From contig NC_057719.1 of NCBI RefSeq assembly GCF_004010195.1, positions 36,428,585-36,492,584 on the forward strand: 64,000 bases of DNA, read 5' to 3'. Made by a program: the position numbers and the translations under genes. The notes under the pieces were generated by a model that was not told the DNA's origin, made no database searches, and saw only the letters and a program-made list of their open reading frames with translations. Every line of letters begins with the position of its first letter. The stretch's first letter is position 1. This document shows, piece by piece, positions 1 to 14,165 of this stretch. The DNA comes from Chiloscyllium plagiosum. Lineage: Eukaryota.

Positions 1-147
1 CTTCTCAGGTTTGAAACATGTTTCAAAGATTCATGATAACTCTGCAGTCAGTTATATGCCTTCATGCATTTGCTGTGAATTTGTGAACAAAATTATAATT
101 GTATTGAAAATAAGCATGTATGGATGGGTGATTTTAGCAGTGTATAT

Positions 148-720
148 CATTAGAATTAGAATTGGCTTTATTGTCACATGTACTCAAATGAGTACAGTGA
201 AAAGTTTACATGTCGCCACTTACGATGCCATCTCAGGTGCAAGGGGACCTGGGTTCAGACTGGTAAGTACAATTCTCGGGGGAAAAAAAAATTAGAAAAA
301 TCAAGAAATAAAAAGTCCAGCATTATAGATCATGCAATATATTAGAAAATAAAGAAATGAAAAGTTCAGTGTAACAGTCCTTCCCACCCAGTCCACACCA
401 GCACCTAGCCTTGAGTCCACACCGGGCCATGACTCCAGACCACGCTCAGCTTCATCCCGAGGCTGGAAGACTGCTCTGGAATCATCTTGAGGCCAGAGGT
501 CCACACTGAGCCCATGCTGGGCCGGGAGGCTGCTTTGCCAGGTCTGCGCTGAGCCTGAGAGTCCGAGTCCGAGTCCGTGCTGAGGCTGGGAGTTCAGGAA
601 AATGCCAAGAATAAGTAAGAATAAAACTCAAAGTGAAACAAAGAAGTAAAAAAAGAAAAGAAATGGATGGAGCGGATGAGCTCCAGCTGAGGAGGCCTAC
701 TCCACCACCATCTTGGACAA
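148..720 (-). mobile_element. Non-autonomous retroelement with Rex1/Babar-type 3' tail
   Basis: (TTAGAA)n then tttattgtcacatgtac...tacagtgaaaag, the same tail as the LINE at 42421; GC-rich internal part. Confidence 0.5.
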
Positions 721-3670
721 TACTAGGATTGTGGGTGAGAATTTCATCTCCTTAACACCAAGATTTAACATTATTTTGCTCTTGAGAAGAGCTTGTGCAT
801 GCTAGTATTCCCAGTGTACACTGAAATGCTATGAAGGAGTGCAAATTTGATATAATATCAAGAGCTCTAATTTGTATCAATCTGACCCAAACTTTGACTT
901 AGATCCTTAACCTCCTGATCCCACTTTCCTCTGAAGGTGGTCAATGAGGGCCTCCTGACACTATTCCTCCTGTATTACCACTGCATCTCTCCTCCTATTC
1001 AACTCCCCCACAAATGTTTCCCATGCTGAATCTGCATTGTTCCATTTTCTATATATAAATCCCAGCAAAATGTATTCAATCAGTTCCTTCATGTGGGACA
1101 GACTGCCTTTAAGGCCAGACTCACTGCACTCCACGTCCACCATACACCACAGTTTGCAAAGCCAGCCAGCACTGAGAATCCTCTTTCAGGAACCGATAGG
1201 ATGAGGTTTGCATGACAATCACCTCAAAGGGCACTAACACAGATAGGATATGAATCACAGCTCCCTGCACCAAGAATGGAACATGTCAATTTGTAGTTCT
1301 TTAAGATCCAGCAGTCAAGTATTAAGCAGAGGTATCTAATTTATTTAAATGTGGCAATTAAAATTATCTACTCAACAGAAACAAAAGCAATAGCTTTAAA
1401 ACTGTTCAAATTATATTGTCACTTTGGCAAACATAAGAGGAACTAATTAGTATTGATCTATTTAATATATTACTTATTTGTTATGATAACTTATTGTCAA
1501 AAGTCATCCTAATTAAAGGAAAGGGGAGATAGTTTTTAAAAAAAGGTTGCAATAGAAGAAGATAGGATATGAAACAAATGAAGAGCAGGTCCAAAGCATT
1601 TTGGATAGAACAAATGGTCAGTATCTTCCCAATTTTGGACAAAGTCTGAAAGATTAGACAAAAGTTTGGAAAACCCATGGTCTATCAAGAAAGCATGACA
1701 TATCTTCCGGCAATCAGGTAGATGATTATTGCCAACAGGCTTTCTACTGGTATTAGGATGAGAAAGTCCTGGTCACCAAGACCTGTTGGCCAAAGCCTGG
1801 CAATTCCAGAACTGGCCTTGCAACGGAGGAGGTCAGAGCCTCTGCCAATAAAAGATACACCAGATCCTCAAAATGGAGGTACATCTGAAATATGTCGAAG
1901 TGTTGTTGTTGGGAGGTCTTCAGGGGATTGTGGGTAGAGGAGGGCAGCAGGGTCAAAAACAAGAGCAGAGGCTAGGATCTCAATGGCCACTCTCTCCTGA
2001 AGTCCAGTACCTTAGTCGTGTGTAGGTCAGTACAGATTGTGGGCTCCTACTCTGTCTGGCTGCATTGGTAAACTGGTTGGGGTAGGTCATCTCTTTGTTG
2101 TCCTGCTTGGAGCTGAAAAAAAATTGCAGCCATGACAGGAAAGACCCTTCAGTGATCAGTAAGGCCCTTAACTGGTACGAGAACTTAATTCAAGTGAAGA
2201 CAGAAATGTAGCAGAGTTGCAGTCCACAACACTTTCTTCCCACCCCAAGCACACAATGACTCAGCCCCATCAAATTCCACCAATCAATAGGAAAGTATTG
2301 TTGGCACACACCAATATTGGAGGTGTGGGTCTTGCGCGAGAAGAAGATTGAAATATGCATGCTGTATGAATTTACATGGAGAATAAGAATGGAAATTTCT
2401 TAGGAATTACTTGTATACCATCGATTTTGCCAGCAATGCAGCAGAAGCACTCTTTTTAAAAAATCAGATTTCCTGTGTAGGACATAGAGTTGAAAATCCA
2501 AAATAATTTTTTTAGATATGTTGGTAAAAATATAGGAAGTTCAACCTCAAAGAAAATTTCCATCTCAGCATATGAGATGCCGAATGAATGAAAAATGCTT
2601 CTACATGCATGGACATGCATGGATGCAAAACATGCCTTAGGAAGTAAGGTTTTGTAACAAGTTTGTATATCTGGAGATTAGAATATATAGGTGTCCCTTT
2701 CAATGCAAGAGATGAGGATCATGTGGAACAGAAAATGAAGCTTAAGGTATTTATAGGAAAATCTGAAAAGGATATTTGATTGGACACCATTGTTTGTTGG
2801 GTGCAATGTTTCTAAAATATCAGTTTTCTTTTTAACTGCTATCAGAAATATCAAAGCTAATTTTAAAACAATTTAAACCAGTTTTGTGCTGTATTGGTTA
2901 CTATTGAGCACAATAAAATTATAGGGGATAATAGACACTAGTAGTAGCTCTTGACATACATGAGATGGCAATTTCTAAATATAGGTCCCAAAATTCTATT
3001 ACATCAGAAAAATGGGATTTTTACACTGTTTTGTATTGCCATCATCCTGCCATGACTTCTTGGGTCAACTTGTCAAACAATTAACATTTCTTGAGTAGAT
3101 CTCACCTAAAGTTTCAACATACATGCAGTTGCTTGGACATGAGAATAAAATCTTTAGGAAGTCATATCCGGTTAACAATTACGGAACAGCGGGTAAGGAA
3201 GAAAATCTTTGGTTACTGAGATGATCATCAGATAGTTGCATTGGATGGTTTCTATGTGGATATTTCTTCCCAATATTCAAGATTGTCCAATATGTGAGGA
3301 ACTGGACAGCTGAAGAACAAGAGGACTCTATTAAATTCACTAATACCCTCATGTGTGACAGTAGGGAAGCTGTCACCTTTGTTACAAACTTCAGTAGAGG
3401 ATGTGTAAACAGCTCTGATACTCAGTCTAATATGAGGGGATAAAGTGTCACCTCTATCCCCTGACAATCTGACAAGTCAATGTAACTTGCTATCATATAA
3501 ACAGCTGTCTTGTGTTATGTATGTTGAGTACCTCTTGTAAAGACTTGTCAGTTGTCTATCCCCCACCACTGATAATTGGACAGACCCTTAGAGTTAGCAT
3601 CAAAAAGGAGATTGGTGGCAGCTTTCAATAACACAGAGCCCAATATGACATATTGATCAACAGTTCACAC

Positions 3671-6600
3671 TGAAATAACGCCACAAAGGCTGGTATCCCA
3701 TCATTAAGTCACCTTTTATTTACATGTGAAAAGTCAACTCTTGTAGAGACTTGTCAGAGTTAATTCGCAGAGTGTCAGGATTGCTGAAACTCTTGTTCTT
3801 ATCTGTCAGCCAGGACTCCCTGATTGGAACAGATTAACAGCCCCAATCAGGAAACTCATATTTTATGAGATCCACCTTGCTAACTTCAATACAATCTCTA
3901 CATCCCTCCCCTATCTGAATTTGAGGACACTGCCTGGTTCTTTTTCTTGTAACTCCTCCTGGGGTGTTTTAGCACTGGGTCAGGTTCCTCCAACTCTGCC
4001 TGGATACAGGTAGCCTGGAATGTACAATAATTCACCACTTGCACCTGGAGCGTCTCGGAAGAAATTCATCCTCTTCTTCAGGCAGCAACATCTGTCAGAT
4101 CTATCTCAAATTCCAAGCTCTCTTCAAATCTAGACAGCGAGGGAGAAGTTAATAGCCTTTCTGACTATTCCAAGAAGCTGCACACATTTTGCTCCCACCC
4201 CATTTGTGAGGTTGCAGCTTTCATATGGTCCATGTGCTTGTTCAGGACCATTGCACTCACCCAACTTAATATGTCATAGAATCTGACCTTGTGTTGACCA
4301 TGCCCCTTTGCCATTCCCGTGATTCCTACCCGAACTTTGTCCCCTGAAATAAACTGTCTGTCTCACTTAGCGGAATCTTGTGTCCAACGTTGGTGTTCCT
4401 GATGGCGTTTCACCCTCCACCCCACCCCAGGTCTGTGAAGATCAGATTTAACCTGGTGTTGTGTATTCTCCTATGAGCAATTCTGTTGAAGCTGTGCCTG
4501 TAGTTGTATGAGGGATAGTCCTGTAATCAAATAGGAACCAGGAGAGTATGGTTTTTAGTGAAGCTATAGGCTATTTCTTTAAGCCTGCCTTCAACATTTG
4601 AACTGCTCAGTCTGCAAGATCATTGGATGAGGGATGGTATGGAGCTGTCCTTATATGTCAAATGCCATTCAACTTTAGGAACAACTCAAATTCCCTGCTG
4701 TAAATAATAGCCCGATATCTGTGACCAACACTTCCAGCAGTCTGTGTATTGCAAAAAATGTGTGCAGTTTTTCTACCATCGTCCCTCTGTTTAACAAATG
4801 AACTCCATACATGTCCAAACATTTTGAATAGACATCCACAATGACTGAGAGCATTGAGTGCATGAAAGGACCTGCATACTCAATATGTAGCTGAGTCCAG
4901 GGTTTACCCAGCCATTCCCACAAATGTGGGGGAGCTGCTGGTGGTAAGTTTTGTCCTTGTTGACATTCTGGGCACTGCTTCACCAACTCAGCGATGTCAG
5001 CATCTAATCCTGGCCACAGACATAACTTCTCACCAACATCTCCATTGTGGACAGCCCTGGGTGACACTGGTGGAGTTCAGCCAGTATCTGTGGTGATCTT
5101 TGCTCAGGAAAATCACTCTTGCTCCCCATAATAATATGCCAATCTTTACTGTGATCTGGTCTCTCCGGATCCAAAAAATGTGAATTCTGGTTGTGACGGC
5201 CCTTTGGATTTCCCCATCACCATCAGCCGTTACAATTTTGCCATGATTGAATCTTTCTTCATCCAAAGTCTGATATTGTCAGCTGTGACTGGAAGTATGC
5301 CCAAAAAATTTAAAACCATTGCGGACTCTTCCAGTTTGTGGTACCACCATATCTGCGATTGGGTGACGGTTCAATGCATCCACATTCACTACTTGGCCTC
5401 CCGGACGGTGTTCCAACTTGTAATTATACGCAATTCGTTGTGGAGCCCAGTGCTGAATTTGGCCCGAAGCTATGGAAGGCACTGCCTTGTCTTCTTTAAG
5501 TAGTTCTACCAGGCATTTGTAGTCTGTAATTATTACAAATTTATATCTGAAAAAGGTGTTGTTTTAAAGTAGAGGACAAAAGTAGAGGCAGATATCAGAA
5601 GGCTGACAAGCAAAGGAATTATCTTTACAGTCCAGCTTGCAGTCTGGGCAGCATCAGTATAGGTTCTCAGTTTCGCTGAGGTCTTGTGCAAACTTAAGGG
5701 TTGGAGGCCAAAGAGCATTTTGTTAAAGACTGGTTCTGCAATCACTAAAATAGCTGCTGGTATTGACCTCCATTAGAACTGGATGGTTATATTGATTGGT
5801 TCTGATGTGAATGTTTCTAAGCATTTTAACCGTTCCCAACAAGATGTAGGTAGACTTTCCACACACTCCTGGATACCGGCCTCTTACTCAATTTAGGTCT
5901 AGTGGAAATCCTTTGCTATCTCAGGTCCGCATACTGGCAGCAACAAGAATGGCTTGCCGGTCCATATCCTGAAGAAAATTTTAACTGTTTGGCTGAGTCT
6001 TGACTTTGTTATGGGGTTTTTCTGTAGTGTCACTTAGAGTCTATCTGTTCTGGATATGTCCTGAGTGAGGCTATGCAATTGTCTTCACTCAAATGATGTT
6101 TCCCCAAGCTCAGTCAGACTGGCAAGGGCGTCCATGTCTATTAAAATACACTACAAATCATACACTCCACTTGCTACATTTCCCATTATAAAGCCAGTTG
6201 TTGTGCTTGTTTGAAGTCCGCTTAGGCTTCAACTAGTAGGTGCTTTTGTGTGGTGATGTCATTAATCCCACATACCAAACCGTTCCTCAGCATCAAATTA
6301 AGGGTTAAACTAAAGTCATATGCCTCTGCCAGTCCTCTTAACCTAGTCAAAAATTCTGACACAGATTCCTCTGGTTCTCTAATTGCCAAGTAAAAATGAT
6401 AGCATCTCAGAATAAAAGGAGGCTTGGGATTGTAATATTCCTTAACTAAACCCATCAAGTCTTGAAAGGTTTTTGACTCTGATGCCTGAGAGAAAGTTAG
6501 GCTCCTAATAACCGGAAAAGCTATGGGTCCACGAGCTGTCAGGAGAATTGCTTGTTGCTTTTCAGCTGCCCCAGTGTAATTTGCCCAGAAAGAAAAAAAA

Positions 6601-6975
6601 ATTCTTTGGGCGAGTCTTTGACAGTGGGGTCGAACGAGTCTAGCTTTCTAAATAACGGCATGATGCCAGAAATGTTTACCCCCACTCAAAAAGAACTGGC
6701 ATGAGTGAGTTTTTTCAGGATGTGTTTTACTGTCACCACCTCTGAAATAACTCCACAGAAGCTGGTAACCTGTGACCAAGTCACCCTTTATTTACATGTA
6801 GAAAGTCCTTGACTATAGTATAGCCTCATCAGAGAAAACTACGAGAATGTCAGGAAGTCTGACCTCCTGTTTTTATCTTTAGCCAGGTCGCCCTGATTGG
6901 ACCAGATTGACATCCCAAAGCAGGGAGTTCATAATCTAGGAGGTCCTCCTGGCTGAACTTGTTACAATCACTACA
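3671..6975 (-). mobile_element. Ty3/Gypsy LTR retrotransposon, degenerate and internally deleted
   Basis: Two diverged LTRs (~3671-3902 and ~6743-6975, TG..CA). Polypurine tract at 3903-3912 and PBS-like TGGTGACAG at ~6730-6738 on the - strand. Gag (6222-6660), protease remnant (~5650-5790), RNase H end (5279-5530), integrase (WPGLDADIAELVKQCPECQ, PWTQLHIEYAGPF). Confidence 0.9.
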
Positions 6976-7234
6976 CACTGTATTACTGAAATGCCTCAAA
7001 GGAACAAGAGCAGATAGAATCCTCCCAAAACTGGATAGAAAACTTAATAACATTGGCTTAGCACTTTCAAGAACACTACCAATTGAAGAAGACACAGGCA
7101 GTCAGTAAGTACTCAAACTTCAAAGCCAGCAAGCTGTCAGCAACACCTCACCCCTGAGCTGCGAAGAAGTGTGGGAAAAGCAGTGTGGACTGGGAAGAAA
7201 GGAAAAGCTAGTCACACTGGGAAGGGAGAAACAT

Positions 7235-7800
7235 TCACCTCAAACAGAATATTGCCATCAAGGCAAAAAGATGTTCTGCCCATCAAAATTTTGAGTAATA
7301 TGGTATATCAATTTCAGGCTTTGTACAATGCCAGGTATGTGAGGTTGATATTCCAAAGACTGTCTGATCATATCAAATAGCATGTGTCACTGGCTGTTCA
7401 CAACAAACAAGGTACTGACTGTACGCACCCACCCATGTTTGCAAAATTCTCAAAACCATATCTAACATTAGATGTGATTCTGCAAATGGATAATATTTGC
7501 TGGATATACGAGGTATTACGCTGACAACCAATTTAGGATTTCCAATCAACCAAGGTTAACCTGCCTAGTTTAAAACTTAAAACAGAACTTGGCAGTTAAT
7601 TGAAATCCATATTAATTGTTGCATCATCTATCCCAACACTTCAAACAATCAGAATCAACAAATGCCAACCAAACAGCATTTTCTTCTTATGCAGTATAAA
7701 GGTTGATTTTCCCCGTGAAGAGCTTTTCTTGCAATTTGTCTGATGGAAGACAATAAGCTTCAATAGATTATAATTTTTTCAGCAATATTCAAATTCTTCA
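7235..7800 (+). mobile_element. Penelope-like element remnant (GIY-YIG endonuclease end plus 3' region)
   Basis: ORF 7171-7380 contains KDVLP..SNMVYQFQ..ARYV...QRLSDHIK, a decayed GIY-YIG signature. Confidence 0.65.
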
Positions 7801-7869
7801 CTGCAGGAGAAAAGTGCATTTGAAAATACAGTTACAGCATAAAGAGGTTAGTTCTTAAGATTAGTGGTG

Positions 7870-9200
7870 TTTAGGGTGCTGTCTTAGTATGAATAAAGGA
7901 TTGGTTTACTTTTGGGAAACAGTGTCAGAAATCAATGCTGAAGCTTTGGGGCTCAAGTATTTACAATTTTTATTAATAATTTAGATTAAGGAATTGAGTG
8001 TATTATAGCCAAACTTACTCACAATACAAATATAGGTAGGAAGAATAGATATGATGCAAAAAGATATACCTTAGTGAGTTGGTAAAAAATGGAGAATAAT
8101 GTGCAAGAATATGAGTTTGTTCACTTTGATAGGAAGAACAGAAAGCCAGAACATTTGTGATTATCGGCCCCAGAGAGGCTGGGTCAATGAATATGTTTAA
8201 GGTACGTATTGGATAATTTTTTTGGCTACAAAGGGGGACAAGATTTAGGGGGTGGTGCAGGATGGAGTAAAAACCATGATCAGATCAGCTATGCTCTCAT
8301 TGAATGGTTGACTAGGTGAGGGCCCAAATGGCCTACTTCTGTTCCTGTTTCTTGACTTCAAGTGCAAACTCAGCATTTTATTAAATTATATAGGATACTA
8401 CAGGATTTTATTTAATATTCCATTTAGCAGACCTTGAATGTAGCAATTTCAAGAGTACTTCCAGTACCACAACCTAGTCAACCTAGAAACTGGATAACAG
8501 AGCAGATGAATGAGTGGCTGGGAGAGATATTACAGGAGGGAAGGCTTGAAAGTCCTGAAAATTTGTGTTCAGCTTTAGGGGAAAATAGGACTCCTTTCAC
8601 TTAACAGAGTTTGTTAATGCTGTGGAGAAAGGCTTAAACTCCATTGGCAAGAGATAGGAAGTAGGAGATAGCATTGCAGCAGAAAGACAAAGTTCACAAA
8701 GCATTTGGAAAAACATATGTATAGGTTAGATAGTAGAATGGGAATTAGTGTTATTAATTGAGGTCAAAATAAGACTGAAAAGAAGAAGTGCTAAGTTAGG
8801 TTTACAGTGGGTATAGGAGGAGAAAGTGAGGTCTGCAGACGCTGGAGATCAAAGCTGAAACTTTATTGCTGGAACAGCACAGCAGGTCAAAATAAGACTG
8901 AAAAGAAGAAGTGCTAAGTTAGGTTTACAGTGGGTATACATTAATATGCTGAACATAGGAAATAAACTTGGTGAGCTGGATGTTCATTTATACAAGTGGA
9001 AATATGATATCACAGAAATAGCAGAGGCCAACCAAATGTTAGACAAAATGTTCTTGGATAAAAGGCCTACTAGTAAGAAGTAGGGGAGGAAAGAAAGTAG
9101 ATGGGATGGCAATATTGATGAAGGAGGCTCTCTGGATGATGAAAGAGAGGAAAAGATGATGGAGAAATGAATATATTTAGACTGGTCAAAAGACGACTCT
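7870..9200 (+). mobile_element. Old CR1-type LINE fragments
   Basis: Decayed RT and 3' tail (aaatggcctacttctgttcct at ~8330), followed by ORF1-end and endonuclease-start-like sequence. Confidence 0.5.
8816..8889 (-). mobile_element. Short Penelope-derived terminal fragment
   Basis: ggagaaagtgaggtctgcagacgctggagatc matches the element at 26067-26195; flanked by a 55-bp direct duplication. Confidence 0.7.
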
Positions 9201-10987
9201 TGAGTGTGTAGGTTCAAGGAAACCAAGCCTATGCATATTTCAAAGAAGCTGTCAAAATACAAACTCTGCAACAGTTTTTTATAATGCTTAACTTTCTAAT
9301 TTCGCTATCAAGTTTCTTTGCAGATGTTCCCTGTTATTTCAACCTTCAGATTTAGGTTGACTCTTTACTCAACTACCTTGTCTGCATTAATTTGCCGTTT
9401 ATGTCCTTCTCTGTGCAGAAGATCATAATGATTGTGAAGCTATTATCGGAACATGAGCAGAGTCAATACTCCAGCTTTGGTCAAGTATTGCATCGATTTA
9501 CAGTGACTACTTGAAACAGTGAATGCATTTTCGAGTATCAATTTTAATGATATCAATCCCTTTTGTCCGACTTCAGGAGTTTATGTCAGGCTCTTAATCA
9601 AGTGAACTGAATACAGAAGGTTCGGAAAGGAAGTGAGAAAAATATAGTTCCTTAATAGCATTACAATAAAAGAAGCGTGAGAAAAGACTGATAAGTGATG
9701 TAAAACACACACTCATACAGACATATAAATAGGAAAGGTTAGTAAGAGGATGAATAAGGCAAAGTAAGAACCAAAAAGAAAGATTCACGACTGGAAACAG
9801 ATGTTCTGGCTGAGTTGCTAAAGGAGCATTTACACCTATCTTTATTAAAAATAAAGAATTAAGAATTGGTGCAAATCATTGTTTAAAAAAGGAAGGTTAG
9901 ACACTGCATGCTGTGGTAATCATGGGTTAAAAAAGGAAATATTACAAAAAATTGGTTGTACTTCATGTTGATAAGTCACCAGAACCAGGTCAGATGCATC
10001 TGAAGTACTCAAGGAAGTAAGGGTAGACATTATGATTATACAAGTCCTTATGCAGAAAGGGAATCAAATGTTATTGATATAAGATAGGAAGATAGAGTTG
10101 AGAAATATTGTATCAACCATGATCTCATTGAATGATGGAGCAGACGTGATGGACCAAATGGCCTACTTCTGCCCCTACATCTTATGGTCTCATGGTCTTA
10201 CAGTCACTGGCCATAATCTTTTTATCCCCATTAAATGTGGATCTGGCACTAGTGGAATGAAGATTTGCAACTACTACAGCTGTGTGGATAAGCCTTGCAA
10301 TTACAGACCAGTCAACTCAACATCGTTGATAGGAATACTTCTTAGAAAAACAGTTAACAGTCACTTGGACAACTGGAGATTAAGAAAAGCCAGTATTGAA
10401 CTGTTAAAGTCAAATCATGGTTAACTAACTTACTTGAGCTTTATAGTGCGATAACAAAGTGGTAAAGTAGAAGTGAGGGGCTAGACACCTCTGGACGTCC
10501 TGAGATGAAGCTTCAGGAGACTTGTGTATTGCTCTCTCTTCATGTGGATTCCTGCTGACATCAGTCTGTCTCCTTGAGATAAAGAACCATGTGGAGAGAG
10601 ATTGAAGTCCTTTGTCCCCCTCTCACCCTGCTATTGATGCAGAGCACCAACAACCACAGTGCTGGGGTGCAGGTCCATGTGTATATGCAGCAGACATTGG
10701 GTATACTGGACTTCTGTCTCCTTAGCATTTGCCAACATCTCCATGGAGACAGCAAAACATGCGCATGCCAGAGTCATCACAGTACTGATTACACTGATGG
10801 GTTCCTCCATCCTTCATTCCTGTTCACAGACTGCTTCTGACAAAACTGCCTGTGCATTTTCACATAGTTGTTAATCATTGAGGCTATATAATCATCTTTT
10901 GCCTGAGGCTGAGACAGTACCTGGTCTCTGGCTGTTTTCTGAGAGTCAGAGATATGGAGCACATTTTTTTCTCAACCAATTATATCA

Positions 10988-11198
10988 GTGATATTCTCAC
11001 CACAATGTGCTCTGAGGTCTAATCCAGATAGACTGAGGTGAAAGTCTCTGAGTTGCTGGAAGATGGAAGTGAACTACCTCAGATGGCAAGTCCTCATCCA
11101 TCGTCCTTTCCACCGTGATATTCTCACCACAATGTGCTCTGAGGTCTAATCCAGATAGACTGAGGTGAAAGTCTCTGAGTTGCTGGAAGATGGAAGTG
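10988..11198. repeat. Perfect 84-bp direct duplication
   Basis: 10988-11071 is identical to 11115-11198. Confidence 0.9.
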
Positions 11199-11211
11199 TT
11201 TTTGTATTTAT

Positions 11212-11500
11212 AGAATCATAGAATACCTACAGTGCGAAAAGAGGCCATTCAGCTCATAGGGTCTGCACCGGCCCTCCAAAGAGCATCCCACCCAGACCCA
11301 GTCCCCAAACCCTAGCCTTGTAATTTGCCATTTCCCATGGTTAATCCACATGGCCTACATATCCCAGAACAATATGGGCAATTTAGCGTGGCCAATCCAC
11401 TTATGCGCATCTTTGAACTGTGGGAAGTAACCGGAGCACCCTCACAGACGTGGGGAGAATGTGCACACTCCACACAGACAGTCACCCAAACATGGAATCT
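11212..11500 (-). mobile_element. HE1-like (V-domain) SINE
   Basis: Reverse complement of the V-core (ggggagaatgtgcacactccacacagac) and a CR1-derived tail. Confidence 0.8.
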
Positions 11501-11514
11501 AAAAAAACAGTTTT

Positions 11515-11686
11515 GTTAGGTTAAGTGAATTGGCTGTGCTAAATTGCCCATAGTGCAAGCTAGGTGGATCAGCCATGGGAAATGCAAAGTCACAAGGATA
11601 GGATGGGGTGTTTGGGTAGGATGCTGATCGGAGGGTCAGTATGAGCTGAATAGCCTGCTTCCACACTGTAAGGATCCTATGATTCT
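11515..11686 (+). mobile_element. HE1-like SINE, 3' half
   Basis: gctaaattgccc...gcctgcttccacactgtaaggatcctatgattct tail. Confidence 0.75.
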
Positions 11687-13544
11687 GCATCCCTGTCATG
11701 CAATTTCATAAGATGAATGCCATAGACCCCATATGCATAATCAATGAGATGAAGCGCAGATGACTGTGTTAGAAACGTAGCTCTGAGCCATCACATACTG
11801 GCTGCTTTGAATTCTCACTCAACAAATGGGAAAATTCAAGTTTTTGTATTAACAAAAAGAAGTTTTTTTTAATTCCTTCTCAAAATTGGAGTACTATATA
11901 CCGCCATATTTGAATTCACAATTCGCAGCATCATATTTACTACTAGCAAGCAGGTAATCTTTTAGATGTTTTAATTACCAATATTTTCAGTGAGTCCCAT
12001 AACATTCATTAATAACTGCAAATTAGACCCTTTAATTGGCTATTACGAGTGCAAATGTAGTCATTTGCAAGAGGTGAACCAAACTTTCTAAATAAACTGT
12101 TCTGTCACAGCAAACTATGAGAATATTGACTCAGTTTAAGAGGTTTAGAGAAATATTTTCTGTCAAGATTTCCTGTGTTTCCTGTATGTGGATAAGTGCT
12201 CATGAAAATCACAAAGTTTCATATCTTCACTATTCTGACATTGTAGAGTCATATAATCTATAGAATTAATCCTATTATTAATTCTTGAAAAACAAAATAG
12301 ATATGACTGTTGATTCATGTGCATTGGTCAGAATTGCATGATGCAGAGTGAATTATATGTTTGATGGGCTGAATGCCTTTACTCCTGCTCCTGATTTGCT
12401 TGACCTCTGTGTTGTGGCCTTATTAATATTGAATCAGCAATCTTCCAAAGCTAGTTATGCTCCTTATAGACAGGTTATTGACTGAGGGGTTGATGGAAAT
12501 TTGAGCATCTTATGGGTCAGCCAAGCATTTGCCTAAGCATTGGGAAAAGGTTGAGAGTTAAAGTCCTCTACAGTTTAACATGTCAAGGAAGATACTTTGT
12601 TATCTACAATTGCAAAGAAACCATGAATGTTTGAGCTGAAAATATACAAGTCAAAAAAGTAAAATGACTGACACCAGACCAGTTTCAAATGTTCCCTGAC
12701 TCCAGCTAAGGATCCTCTAAAATATTACTGGAAGCAACTCCCCTGTTATTTGTACAACCCATGGTTTGTGGATGCTTTGAGAAACTGACAGTAACAGGGC
12801 AGTTTAAGGTGAAAATGGTGTTGGGGTTTTAACAATATGATTCCACCCTAATTGGCATATATTAAGGAAATGATTGTCACTTTCCAAAAGGAACTCTGCC
12901 TTCTCAAGACATGGCCTGTCCAGAAATTAGGATAGGAAGACAATCCACAGTAAGCCCATGGGTCAATCTTCTATGTTCTTTTAGTCTCATTAAATCCCTG
13001 GCTCCTTGTTAGGTTTTTAAGTAAGGTGGTAGCGAGACAAAGATTGTGTCTCTATATATTTGACATTTATCATGAATTAACTTCTTCAAATTAAAGGGAT
13101 ATTTGGGTACTTTATATTTTTAATAGACACTTACAATTTGAAGAAAGGAAATCTTCTCCAAGTTACTGGGCCTGGTAGCATAATCATTATAGATCAGAAA
13201 TCCTGAGGTCTGGGCTGATAAATTGCAGATGTAAGTTCAAATCCCACCATGGCAGTAAGGTAATTTAAATTCAGTTAGGGAAATAAATCTGTAATAAAAT
13301 GCTGGTATCAATAATGTGTTTCATTAAACTACCAGATTGTTATAAAATCTGTTTGCCTTACAGTACTCTTTCCCAGATTGACCTCCATCTGAATCTTGAT
13401 TAGCAATGTGTTTGACAGCATTGATGGCCATTCCATTAGCTATCAAGGTCCTTAGTTCTGGCAGTCTCTTCATAAACGTTATCATCTCTCTACTCCTCTT
13501 GCCTATTTTGTGGTATATCTTAAAACGTTTGCACTTCAAAGAAA

Positions 13545-14160
13545 CATGAAACATAAAGTCATAGAAAACAAGTAGGCCATTCAGTCCTTCAAACCCACTC
13601 CATCATTCAGGTATGATCATGCCATTGAGATAGAAGATCAACCATACTGTCACCTTCACTACGTAATCCTAGATACCTTTAGAATGTCAAAAAGTATCTG
13701 TCTGTTTCTCGAATAGATTCAGTGACTTGGAATCCACAGCCTTCTGTAGTAAAGAATTCCAAAGGTTCACTATCTTTTGAGTGAAGAATTATTTTTCTCA
13801 TTTTAGTCCTAAATGGTCTACCCTGTATCCTGAGACTGTGTCCTCTGATTCTAGGCCCCCCAACCAGGGAAAACATAATCGGTTAATCTATTCTATCCAG
13901 CCCTGATAATATTTTGTATATTTCAGTTAGATCGCCTTCATCTTTCTAAACTCGAGTGAATACAAGCCAGTTGAACCATTTTCTCCTCATACAATAGTCC
14001 TGCCATCCCAATATCAGCCTGGTGAACATCCTTTGCACTTTTTCTACCATTCTTAGATATGGAGACTAAAGCTACAAGCAAAGCTCTGGTTATGGTCTTC
14101 CAAAGGCCCAATATAATTGCAGTAGACAACCCTACTTCTGAATGCAAATTCTCATTAAGG
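13545..14160 (-). mobile_element. CR1 LINE 3' fragment
   Basis: ORF2 C-terminal remnants (RGHSLRIQGRPFRTKMR; GLLYEE) plus 3' UTR tail. Confidence 0.8.
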
Positions 14161-14165
14161 AAAAG

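Noticed and set aside
2700..2752. Possible first exon ending at AAG|gtattt
   Set aside because: The phase needed to join exon 19056 contains an in-frame TGA.
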